Below are positions 38,874 through 47,608 of a stretch of 64,000 bases of DNA, in pieces (positions within the stretch are counted from its first letter, which is position 1; every line of letters starts with the position of its first letter). A program made the translations under genes and the position numbers. The notes under the pieces are model-generated. The model saw nothing but the letters and a program-made list of their open reading frames with translations, had not been told where the DNA came from and ran no database searches. Origin of the DNA: a virus; the IMG/VR virus record IMGVR_UViG_3300007169_000025, positions 1 through 64,000 of that record, one strand, 5' to 3'.

Positions 38874-40226
38874 ATGGCTAGACCCAAGAAAACAAATTCA
38901 AAAGAAAAAATACTTAAAGAATCTGTTGAATTAGAAACATTAGTATTACAGGAAATTCCACCTGTAAAAACTGAAGCTATAGACATTGATATAGACGCAT
39001 TGGTTGATAATATAACTAATACAGTTACAGAAAAATTAAAAAAAGAATTTGAAGATAAATTTAATTCAGCTGTTGCAACATTAAGTAAATCTACAGAGAG
39101 TCGCCGCGACCGTGTAGTTGTTACAGGTGAAAAACAATATTTCATTGATGCTACATCAGATGGGCTACAATTCAGTAAAGATAACGATGTAGTACTTTTA
39201 GTTGGTAAAAACGGACAGTTAGCTACAGGAACCAAAGCACCTAAAACTGTAGGCAAAGGATCTGTTCATTTTAAAGCTGGTGCATCTAGCGAAGCAGTTA
39301 TACCTTCAAACAACTTAGGTTCAACCCGCGGTCTAATTGTTGAAGGCGATGGCGATGATGAAAAGACATTTGTACTTCGCGCAGTAAGCAGAATGAATCG
39401 CCAAGGTTTTAACGTATTCAGCGATGGTAGTGTAGCATTAGGTAGTATGCAAAAAATTAATAATGCATCTTTTAGTGTATATCATCGTCATCCTGTTGAT
39501 GATGCGATGTCAGTAAAAGTACCAAGTTTACAATTTGAAGATAATGCTATTAACATAGATGTTGATGCAGCACCTAGCGGTATTTGGGCAGCAATATCAG
39601 CTAAATCAGGCAACGAAAATATTTTTAAAGTCAGCGGCACAGGCTCAACCTATTCAGCTGGAGAATTTAATTCAAACTTTAGAGGTTATGCTGAAATGTT
39701 TGAATGGGCTGATAGAAATAATCGTAATGAAGAGCGAGTAGGTTTTACTGTAGCATTTGATTCTACAGGAAAAATTATTAGTGCCGATGAAGGTGATACT
39801 GTTGTGGGTGTTGTTGTTAACAATGCTGCAATTATTGGTAATACTGCATGGAATCATTGGCATACTAAAAAGCAAAAAGATTTTCTAAACAATTATGAAA
39901 CTAGCGAATTTAATATTATAGAATGGCTAGAAATGGAAACATCTTTACTAAAAAGTTTTGATAAAACTACATTGTCTAGTAATTTTATTATGCCGGAGAA
40001 TGCAACCGAAATACAAAGCGACAGTAAAGGTAATCAATTTTTTAAAATTAAGAATAGCGCAGGTTATGATTTAAACAAAGAATATTCTTCTAGAGAATTG
40101 CGCTCATCGTGGGCAAAGGTTTGTGTATTAGGTGTTGCACCTGTTTATAAAGGACAGCAAACCGGTAAGAATTGGGTTAAAATAAAAAGTTTAAATGATG
40201 AATTAGAATTATGGCTAATTCGTTAA
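38874..40226 (+). CDS. Protein with Peptidase_G2-like (intramolecular chaperone) C-terminal domain
   Basis: GYAEMFEWAD...VGVV...WAKVCVLG. Confidence 0.55.
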   Translation: MARPKKTNSKEKILKESVELETLVLQEIPPVKTEAIDIDIDALVDNITNTVTEKLKKEFEDKFNSAVATLSKSTESRRDRVVVTGEKQYFIDATSDGLQFSKDNDVVLLVGKNGQLATGTKAPKTVGKGSVHFKAGASSEAVIPSNNLGSTRGLIVEGDGDDEKTFVLRAVSRMNRQGFNVFSDGSVALGSMQKINNASFSVYHRHPVDDAMSVKVPSLQFEDNAINIDVDAAPSGIWAAISAKSGNENIFKVSGTGSTYSAGEFNSNFRGYAEMFEWADRNNRNEERVGFTVAFDSTGKIISADEGDTVVGVVVNNAAIIGNTAWNHWHTKKQKDFLNNYETSEFNIIEWLEMETSLLKSFDKTTLSSNFIMPENATEIQSDSKGNQFFKIKNSAGYDLNKEYSSRELRSSWAKVCVLGVAPVYKGQQTGKNWVKIKSLNDELELWLIR

Positions 40227-40265
40227 AAATGATAAATATAAACATATAATTTAGGGGTTTTTGAG

Positions 40266-43200
40266 ATGGCAACAGCAATTCAGAGACGTGGTGGTACTAC
40301 TGCTGAACACGCAAACTTTACAGGTTTAGCAAGGGAAATCACGATTGATACAGATAAGAATACAGTTGTGGTTCATGACGGTACTACTGCTGGCGGACAT
40401 CCTTTGGCTACCGCAGCAGACCTTGCTAACATTTCAGGTACAGTAGGCAACATTGTAGCTGACATTACTAGTGTTATAGCAGGTAATGGTTTATCAGGTG
40501 GTGCAAACTCCGGCGACGCTAACTTAAACGTTGGCGCAGGTGATGGTATTACTGTAAACGCAGATAATGTTGCTGTAAATGTTGCGTTTGTTAGGAATCA
40601 GTTTAGTGCATCTTCACCCCTATCATATGATGCTGTAACCGGCGCTTTTAGCATTACTGAAGTTGGCGATATTAGTGCAGTAACAGCAGGCAATGGTTTA
40701 ACAGGTGGCGGCTCATCAGGAGCAGTCACACTAGATATTGGTTCGGGTTACGGTATTACTGTTTCTTCAGATGCAGTTGCAGTTAGTAACGTTGATGTTC
40801 GAGCATTGTTTAGTGCAGCAGGCGACCTAAGTTATAACGCCTCAACAGGTGTGTTTAGTTTTACAAATGATGCAGGTGATATCGAATCAGTTACCGCAGG
40901 TGACGGTCTAAGTGGCGGCGGAGCAAGCGGCGCAGTAACAATCAATGTTGTTGCTGGTCCCGGTATCGATGTTGGTGCTGATAACGTTGCAGTTAATACA
41001 GCCTTTATCAAAGGTATGTTTAGCGCAACTGACACGGGCGGTGATGGCAGCTTCAGCTACAGCAACGGCGTATTTACATATACCGGCCCAAGTCAAGCAG
41101 AAGCTAACGCTAGAATGGATGCATATCTAGTAGGTGGCGGCGGCCTAACATATACTAGCGGCACTTTTGCAGTTGGCGCAGGTACAGGTATTACTGTTAA
41201 TGCTGATGATGTAGCAGTTAATGCATCATATATTAAGAGCTTGTTTAGCGCAACTGATTCAGGCGGCGACGGGTCGTTCTCATATAACGACGGCGTATTT
41301 ACATACACTGGTCCAAGTCAAGCAGAAGCAAACTCACGTATTGATGCACGTCTAAGTGGCGGCACAGGTGTTTCTTATACATCAGGTGTTATTGCAATTG
41401 GTCAAGCAGTTGCTACAACTAGCAACGTTACATTTAATAATATTAATGCATCAGGTACAGTAACCATTGATGGTAACCTAGTTGTAAATGGCAATACTAC
41501 AACAATTAGCGCAACTAACTTAGCAATTGATGATAACCTAATTTACTTAAATTCTAATAGTACAATTACAAATCCAGATCTGGGCTTTGTTGGTAACTAT
41601 AACGACGGCACATATGCACACACTGGTGTGTTCCGTGATGCTACCGACGGCCGCTGGAAATTCTTTAAAGGATATGTTCCAGAGCCTGGTCAAACAATTG
41701 ATACTTCAAATAATACTTTCCAGTATGCTGATGTACAAGCCAACGTATTCTACGGCACATTCGTAGGTAATATTACAGGTAATATTAGCACACTTGGTAA
41801 CTTTACTACTACAGATTTAGCAGAAGGTACAAATTTATATTTTACCGCAGCAAGAGCCCGCGGCAACATCAGTGTTACTGATTCAGGCGGTGATGGTTCA
41901 CTCAGTTACGATAACAGTACTGGTGTAATCACATATACTGGCCCAAGTCAAGCAGAAGCAAACTCACGCATTGATGCACGTTTAAGTGGCACAAATGGTG
42001 TTAGCTACAGTAGTGGTGTAATCAGTCTAGCTAGCTCAACAGCAGGTTCAGGTTTAACATTTGCATCAGGTGTATTAGCAGTTGGTGCAGGTACAGGTAT
42101 TACTGTAAATGCTGACGATGTTGCACTAAGTGCATCAGGCGTAGCAGCAGGAACATATGGTAATGCTACAGCAGTAAGCCAAGTAGTAGTTGATACTTAT
42201 GGTCGCGTTACTAGCGCAAGTAACATTGCTATTACTCCAGCAGTAGGCTCTATTACTGGTTTAGGTACAGGTGTTGCAACATTCTTAGCAACACCTTCAA
42301 GTGCTAACCTAGCAGGTGCAGTTACAGACGAAACAGGCTCGGGTGCATTAGTATTTGCTAACAGCCCATCCCTAACAACACCAACATTGGGTGTGGCAAG
42401 TGCTACAAGCATTAACAAGGTTGCATTTACTGCTCCAGCAACTGGTGCAACACTAACACTAGCTGATGGTAGCACACTAGCAACCAACGGTGCGTTTGCA
42501 CTAACATTGACAACTACAGGTGCAAGTAATGTTACACTACCAACTAGTGGAACATTAGCAACACTAGCTGGTACTGAAACACTAACCAACAAAACAATTA
42601 ACGGTGCAAACAACACACTAACTGTTCGCATTGCTAACGATGTAAGTGGGTTAGGCACAGGTGTTGCAACTGCACTAGCAGTTAACACCGGCACAGCAGG
42701 TGCATTTGTTGTTAATGGCGGCGCATTAGGCACACCAAGCAGCGGTACATTAACTAACTGCACCGGCTTACCACTAGGGTCTGTCACAGGCCTAGGCACA
42801 GGCGTAGCAACATTCTTAGCAACACCTTCAAGTGCTAACCTAGCAAGTGCGGTTACAGATGAAACTGGCTCCGGCGCATTAGTATTTGGCACAAGTCCAA
42901 CCTTTACTACACAAATCAGTGTTCCTGTGATTGTTAAGACTGGTACTGACGGTGTTGGTGATATCGGACAGAGTGCTAATAAGTTTGCTACTGTTTATGC
43001 AACTACATTTAGCGGTACATCCACAACAGCAAAATACGCTGACTTGGCAGAAAAGTATTCAGCAGACGCAGATTACGAACCAGGTACAGTTCTACACTTT
43101 GGTGGTGAAGCAGAAGTTACACTATGCGACTCAGATATGTGCCGCAAGGTAGCAGGCGTTGTAACAACAGCACCAGCTCACTTGATGAACAGTGAACTAG

Positions 43201-43406
43201 AAGGCACAGCGGCAGCTATTGCGCTACAAGGTCGCGTACCTTGTAAGGTAGTAGGTCCAGTTGCTAAGGGTGACATGATGGTATCCGCAGGCAACGGTCG
43301 TGCTCGCGCAGAAGCAAACCCAGTAATGGGCTCTGTAATTGGTAAGTCACTAGAAAACTTTGATGGCGGCGAAGGCGTTATCGAAGTAGCAGTTGGTAGA
43401 CTATAA
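40266..43406 (+). CDS. Tail fibre protein 2 with Mtd-N-like N-terminus
   Basis: IQRRGGTTAEH..FTG...EITIDTDKNTVVVHDGTTAGG; shares repeats and C-terminal domain with fibre 1; late promoter at 40231-40238. Confidence 0.8.
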   Translation: MATAIQRRGGTTAEHANFTGLAREITIDTDKNTVVVHDGTTAGGHPLATAADLANISGTVGNIVADITSVIAGNGLSGGANSGDANLNVGAGDGITVNADNVAVNVAFVRNQFSASSPLSYDAVTGAFSITEVGDISAVTAGNGLTGGGSSGAVTLDIGSGYGITVSSDAVAVSNVDVRALFSAAGDLSYNASTGVFSFTNDAGDIESVTAGDGLSGGGASGAVTINVVAGPGIDVGADNVAVNTAFIKGMFSATDTGGDGSFSYSNGVFTYTGPSQAEANARMDAYLVGGGGLTYTSGTFAVGAGTGITVNADDVAVNASYIKSLFSATDSGGDGSFSYNDGVFTYTGPSQAEANSRIDARLSGGTGVSYTSGVIAIGQAVATTSNVTFNNINASGTVTIDGNLVVNGNTTTISATNLAIDDNLIYLNSNSTITNPDLGFVGNYNDGTYAHTGVFRDATDGRWKFFKGYVPEPGQTIDTSNNTFQYADVQANVFYGTFVGNITGNISTLGNFTTTDLAEGTNLYFTAARARGNISVTDSGGDGSLSYDNSTGVITYTGPSQAEANSRIDARLSGTNGVSYSSGVISLASSTAGSGLTFASGVLAVGAGTGITVNADDVALSASGVAAGTYGNATAVSQVVVDTYGRVTSASNIAITPAVGSITGLGTGVATFLATPSSANLAGAVTDETGSGALVFANSPSLTTPTLGVASATSINKVAFTAPATGATLTLADGSTLATNGAFALTLTTTGASNVTLPTSGTLATLAGTETLTNKTINGANNTLTVRIANDVSGLGTGVATALAVNTGTAGAFVVNGGALGTPSSGTLTNCTGLPLGSVTGLGTGVATFLATPSSANLASAVTDETGSGALVFGTSPTFTTQISVPVIVKTGTDGVGDIGQSANKFATVYATTFSGTSTTAKYADLAEKYSADADYEPGTVLHFGGEAEVTLCDSDMCRKVAGVVTTAPAHLMNSELEGTAAAIALQGRVPCKVVGPVAKGDMMVSAGNGRARAEANPVMGSVIGKSLENFDGGEGVIEVAVGRL

Positions 43407-43427
43407 TTTAATTTAAAATTAAACATT

Positions 43428-43454
43428 AAAAGGCTAGGTAACTAGCCTTTTTTT
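43428..43454 (+). terminator. Rho-independent terminator
   Basis: aaaaggctag-GTAA-ctagcctttt followed by a T run. Confidence 0.85.
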
Positions 43455-43498
43455 GTGGCTTTTGTTTGTATAGTAATATAATGATTATTAGTCTTAAG

Positions 43499-43506
43499 TA
43501 TAAATA
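43499..43506 (+). promoter_or_regulatory. Perfect T4 late promoter TATAAATA heading the holin-like/curli/cyclase operon
   Basis: Exact T4 consensus downstream of a terminator. Confidence 0.75.
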
Positions 43507-43574
43507 ATAGCGTAAGTACACATACAATTAACACACACCTTAAAAACAAATACTAACACAAAGGTGGTGTCCCC

Positions 43575-43856
43575 ATGGAACAGATTTTTCAGCTTATCGG
43601 TGAGGTAGGGTTCCCTATTGCCGGATCGTTGATTGCTGGCTATTTTATCTTTCTTAGCGTTAGTTACATTTTACAAGGTGTGACTAAACAGGTATTGGGT
43701 TTAAAAGGTATTATTACTGCATTAGATAATCGTGTCAAAACTATGAATAATGACATTATTCGCGTTGATATGACTATAAGCAATGTTATAGGACTTAAAC
43801 CTGATATTGACCGTATTGCGAGAGCAGACGGTAAGGTAGACGCAAGGAGAGATTAA
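43575..43856 (+). CDS. Small single-TM membrane protein, holin-like paralog A
   Basis: VGFPI + TM segment + coiled coil containing NDIIR. Confidence 0.6.
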   Translation: MEQIFQLIGEVGFPIAGSLIAGYFIFLSVSYILQGVTKQVLGLKGIITALDNRVKTMNNDIIRVDMTISNVIGLKPDIDRIARADGKVDARRD

Positions 43857-43857
43857 A

Positions 43858-44034
43858 ATGTTGTTTGTAGATTATGTGTTTTCATTAGTTGGCGATAATA
43901 TTTTAATGGATGCTGAGTTAACACCTCAGCACATTAAAGTAAAAGACGGCGACAAGTTTGAAGTAGTGATTAATAATAATCAAATTCTATTTAGAAAGAT
44001 AATCCAAGAGGTATCTTTAAATGGACGCGATTAA
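43858..44034 (+). CDS. 58-aa AbrB/MazE-like small protein (not in the ORF track)
   Basis: MLFVDYVFSLVGDNILMDAELTPQHIKVKDGDKFEVVINNNQILFRKIIQEVSLNGRD; SD AAGGAG; fills the gap between the paralogs. Confidence 0.6.
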   Translation: MLFVDYVFSLVGDNILMDAELTPQHIKVKDGDKFEVVINNNQILFRKIIQEVSLNGRD

Positions 44035-44326
44035 TTTAACACAGCTATCGGAAGTTATAAGCAAATATGGTTTCCCTATAGTATCTAGTGTACTTTTGTT
44101 ATATCTGGTATACTATATTTGGAAATACATTACAGAAAATATCACACCCACATTAATAGAAAGCAATGTGACTTTAGTTGCACTTATTGATAGAATTCGT
44201 ATGCTGGATAACGATATTATTCGTTTACAGCAAAAACTTGATACTGTTATTGTGTTGAGAGATATTGAAGAAATAAGGGAATCAGCACATGGGAAGCCGA
44301 CTAACAAAACTGAGAAAAATATTTGA
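44021..44326 (+). CDS. Small single-TM membrane protein, holin-like paralog B
   Basis: YGFPI + TM segment + NDIIR, the same layout as 43575. Confidence 0.6.
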   Translation: MDAINLTQLSEVISKYGFPIVSSVLLLYLVYYIWKYITENITPTLIESNVTLVALIDRIRMLDNDIIRLQQKLDTVIVLRDIEEIRESAHGKPTNKTEKNI

Positions 44327-44510
44327 TTTTTCAAAGCTGAAAAAAATATTTAATCTGGGGAACAGACACATGAACATGAAATTAAAGATGGAAGTCTTAA
44401 AAGTATTTTTACTAGAGTTTGAATTATCTAGTGAAAAGAAACACAATGAGGAAGAAAAAAATGAGAGTAAAGAAGATCCTGCTCCTAAGCATCCTGGCGG
44501 CATTCAGTAG
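44289..44510 (+). CDS. Possible small hypothetical protein (start uncertain)
   Basis: Fills the gap before csgF and overlaps both neighbours. Confidence 0.35.
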   Translation: MGSRLTKLRKIFDFSKLKKIFNLGNRHMNMKLKMEVLKVFLLEFELSSEKKHNEEEKNESKEDPAPKHPGGIQ

Positions 44511-44928
44511 TGCGGCTTCGGCTTCCGAAATAGTTCATCAATTTAACAGCCCTGCTTTTAGTGGTATTGGATTCACACAACATGTGTTGAGCATCTATAA
44601 TCAAGAACAGGCAGCAAAACAAAAAATTAAAGATGAAAAAGCTCAAGCAGAGGCAAAAGCAGAATTAAAATTAATGCAAGATCCAATCTATCGTTTCAAG
44701 CAAGCTCTTGAAAGTAGAATGTATCAAGAACTTGCAAAACAGATTACTGATAATTTGTTTGGCGAAGGTGGAGTAACCGAAGGGTTAATTAACTTCCCAA
44801 CAGGCGGCAGTGTTGCATATAAAAAATTAGGCAATGAAATTGAACTTACAATTACAGATGCAAATGGTACTGTTACAGTTATTAAAGTTCCTGTAGCAAC
44901 AGTAATTAATGCATCAGGTGGTGGCTAA
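44461..44928 (+). CDS. csgF: Curli assembly component CsgF-like
   Basis: Signal peptide then SEIVHQFNSPAFSG, resembling the CsgF N-terminal F.NP.FGG; C-terminal ITDANGTVTVIKVP. Start is 44446 or 44461. Confidence 0.75.
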   Translation: MRVKKILLLSILAAFSSAASASEIVHQFNSPAFSGIGFTQHVLSIYNQEQAAKQKIKDEKAQAEAKAELKLMQDPIYRFKQALESRMYQELAKQITDNLFGEGGVTEGLINFPTGGSVAYKKLGNEIELTITDANGTVTVIKVPVATVINASGGG

Positions 44929-44929
44929 T

Positions 44930-45847
44930 ATGAAAAAAATATCAATAGCATTACTAGCAAGTGTAAGTCTTGTATTGAGTGGATGTGCAAGTTATTCACA
45001 AATGGATAAGTTGTTTACTAAAACGCAATTTCAAGATGCAAAAATTGAACCCACAACGCTAGACCGTCCAGAGTTTGTGTTACCAAAGCCAGCTAACGGT
45101 CCTGTTGTGGTTGCAGTTTACAATTTCCTAGATAGGACCGGTCAGCGTAAGCCAAGTCCAATGGTTGCACAGTTAAGCAGCGCAGTTACACAAGGAGCTG
45201 AAACGTACTTAATGAAAGCACTTCAAGATGTGGGCGGCGGAGGCTGGTTTAAGGTTGTTGAACGTGTGGGCTTAGACAACTTAATGAAGGAACGTCAGAT
45301 GATTCGTCAGATGAGAGAAATCTATGACGGGCAAAATGCAAAACCATTACCACCAATGTTGTTTGCAGGTATCTTAGTAGAAGGTGGTATCGTAGGTTAT
45401 GATAGTAATATCATAACAGGCGGTAGCGGTATGCGTATACTAGGCATCGGACCACAAACACAGTATCAAGCAGACATGATTACAGTTAGTCTAAGAGTAG
45501 TAAGTGTTACAACTGGCGAAGTTTTAGTTAGTATCACAACTACAAAGACTGTATACAGTTACATGGATAAGTTAGGTGTACTACGATTTGTAGAAGCCGG
45601 TACTAAATCTATTGAAGCTGAAGTAGGTATGGGTGTAAATGAAAGCGCAAACAGAGCAACTAATATGGCTATTCAAGCCGCAGTAGTTGAAATGATTCGC
45701 GAAGGGCAGAGAAAAGGCTTCTGGGAGTATGATCCAAAATCTGTAGAGGAAATTGAACAAGCTCAAGCAGCTAAAAAGAAAGAAAAGAAAGTTGAGAAAA
45801 ATCTCAAAGTAGATAATGTTTTTGAAAAAGGAGAGCTAAATGACTAA
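44930..45847 (+). CDS. csgG: Curli secretion channel lipoprotein CsgG
   Basis: Lipobox LSGC; VAVYNFLDRTGQRKP, SSAVTQGA, WFKVVERVGLDNLMKERQMIR and EGGIVGYDSN motifs. Confidence 0.92.
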   Translation: MKKISIALLASVSLVLSGCASYSQMDKLFTKTQFQDAKIEPTTLDRPEFVLPKPANGPVVVAVYNFLDRTGQRKPSPMVAQLSSAVTQGAETYLMKALQDVGGGGWFKVVERVGLDNLMKERQMIRQMREIYDGQNAKPLPPMLFAGILVEGGIVGYDSNIITGGSGMRILGIGPQTQYQADMITVSLRVVSVTTGEVLVSITTTKTVYSYMDKLGVLRFVEAGTKSIEAEVGMGVNESANRATNMAIQAAVVEMIREGQRKGFWEYDPKSVEEIEQAQAAKKKEKKVEKNLKVDNVFEKGELND

Positions 45848-46532
45848 GACATTTATGGGCTTAATGTTAAGCCTCGCGATGGCGTTGGGCTCTACTGGTG
45901 CATATGCTCAAGCAACTAGCACAACCAATAAAGTTTTTATTGATCAAGTTGGTAGTAGCAACACAGTTACATTAACACAAACTGGTAGCGGCAATAACAT
46001 TGGTGTAAGCGCCAGTGATTATGCAACTATCACCGGCAATAGCAATTCAGTAACAATGACCCAAACTGGCGATAACAATAAAGCCAATTATAAAATAACA
46101 GGTAATGGTAATACATATACTAGTGTAGTAACTGGTAATAGTAACGATATACTTGTAACTTGCGGTACTAGCAACGGTGCATGTACTGGTGTTACAATTG
46201 ATCAAAACATTCAAGGTAATACAAACAAACTAGTAGAAACAATCTCAGGTAGTGCTATTAGCAGCAAGACCAAGATTGTTGGTGGTTTAAACGACCTAGC
46301 ATACACATTAAGCAGCAGCAACGGTAAGTTAGATGTTGATATTGCTGGCGACAGCAACGTTATGCGTCATACACAAACTGGCGCCGCAGGTGTTAGCGGC
46401 CATGACCTAAAAGTAGTATTAACTGGTTCATTAAACCAAGTAACAACTACACAGGCAGGTACTATTGATACCACTGTGAACATTAAAATTAATGGTGGTA
46501 GTAACATCATCAATGTTACAACCAATAACTAA
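45840..46532 (+). CDS. Secreted curlin-repeat protein (CsgA/CsgB-like)
   Basis: Signal peptide; repeated Q.G..N.....Q/T.G..N units. Confidence 0.75.
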   Translation: MTKTFMGLMLSLAMALGSTGAYAQATSTTNKVFIDQVGSSNTVTLTQTGSGNNIGVSASDYATITGNSNSVTMTQTGDNNKANYKITGNGNTYTSVVTGNSNDILVTCGTSNGACTGVTIDQNIQGNTNKLVETISGSAISSKTKIVGGLNDLAYTLSSSNGKLDVDIAGDSNVMRHTQTGAAGVSGHDLKVVLTGSLNQVTTTQAGTIDTTVNIKINGGSNIINVTTNN

Positions 46533-47608
46533 TGTTTCGTTGGTTTAACACACTAGTTTTTGCGTGTTTGATTAGTTCAGTGCCAGCTTGGGCTGAGATT
46601 GGTAAAATCTCAACTCAGGTTGGCCCTGACTCTTCTATTCAACGAGGCAAACAAATTATTGCTGGTAAACCTAATACAGGTATTGTGTCTAATGATACTG
46701 TTAGTACTCGTAAGGGTACAACACTAAACATTAATTTTAAAGATAATACAAAAGTAAAAATTACCGAAAACAGTCGTTTAGTAATAGACGACTTTGTTTA
46801 CGATCCAAAGAAAAGTGACGCTGGTAGATTAGCAATGAAGGTATCAATGGGTACTGTTCGTTATGCCAGCGGTCAGATTGCAAAAGTAAATCCTCAGCGT
46901 ATTAATATTAAAACGCCTAGTGCTGCAATTGCAGTTAGAGGTACAGATTTTCACATGACCGTCGACGAAGCAGGCAGAAGTCTAGTAGTACTAGTGCCTA
47001 GCTGCCGTGACGAGAATGAAGTTATTCGCAGCGATGAAGAAAAATTAATTAATTGCCAAACCGGTAAAATTATAGTAGAAAATGCAGCAGGATCTGTAGA
47101 ATTAACAGAACCATTCAGCGCCACATATGTGTCAAACTTTGATGCATCTCCGAGCGCAGCTATTATTTTAAAGCTAACAACAGTTGACCCTAGAATTAGT
47201 TTTGACAGTCAAGTTACTAATGATTTAATTATTAGTCCTCCTGAGGCAGTTCAGGAGCAAATGGCTAAAACTACAAAAGAAAATAATTTTGAGGAAGATG
47301 AAGAAGAAACGGTAACTAGAACCGCTAATGCAGACGCAGCTAAAAGCAAAAAAGAAGATTCTAAGGTAGTTGCTGTGACCACGTCTACTAGTACAAGCAA
47401 AACTTGTTCTGAGAAGATTATTTGCGTAGAAGTAAATCCATATGTAACTTTTTATAGAACTACTGATAGCGACCATTATGCTGAAGTAAGAGCAAGATTA
47501 AATTCTAATTTAACCTTAACTATAATTCATAACGGTGATGAGGGTAAGTTGGGTTGGGGACCTGCGCCTAACTCTGGTAATCAAGTAATTATTAGGCAGA
47601 GCAAATGA
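46532..47608 (+). CDS. Secreted/periplasmic FecR-domain protein
   Basis: Signal peptide; F.DNTKVKITENSRLVID and IKTPSAAIAVRGTDF FecR motifs. Confidence 0.85.
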   Translation: MFRWFNTLVFACLISSVPAWAEIGKISTQVGPDSSIQRGKQIIAGKPNTGIVSNDTVSTRKGTTLNINFKDNTKVKITENSRLVIDDFVYDPKKSDAGRLAMKVSMGTVRYASGQIAKVNPQRINIKTPSAAIAVRGTDFHMTVDEAGRSLVVLVPSCRDENEVIRSDEEKLINCQTGKIIVENAAGSVELTEPFSATYVSNFDASPSAAIILKLTTVDPRISFDSQVTNDLIISPPEAVQEQMAKTTKENNFEEDEEETVTRTANADAAKSKKEDSKVVAVTTSTSTSKTCSEKIICVEVNPYVTFYRTTDSDHYAEVRARLNSNLTLTIIHNGDEGKLGWGPAPNSGNQVIIRQSK

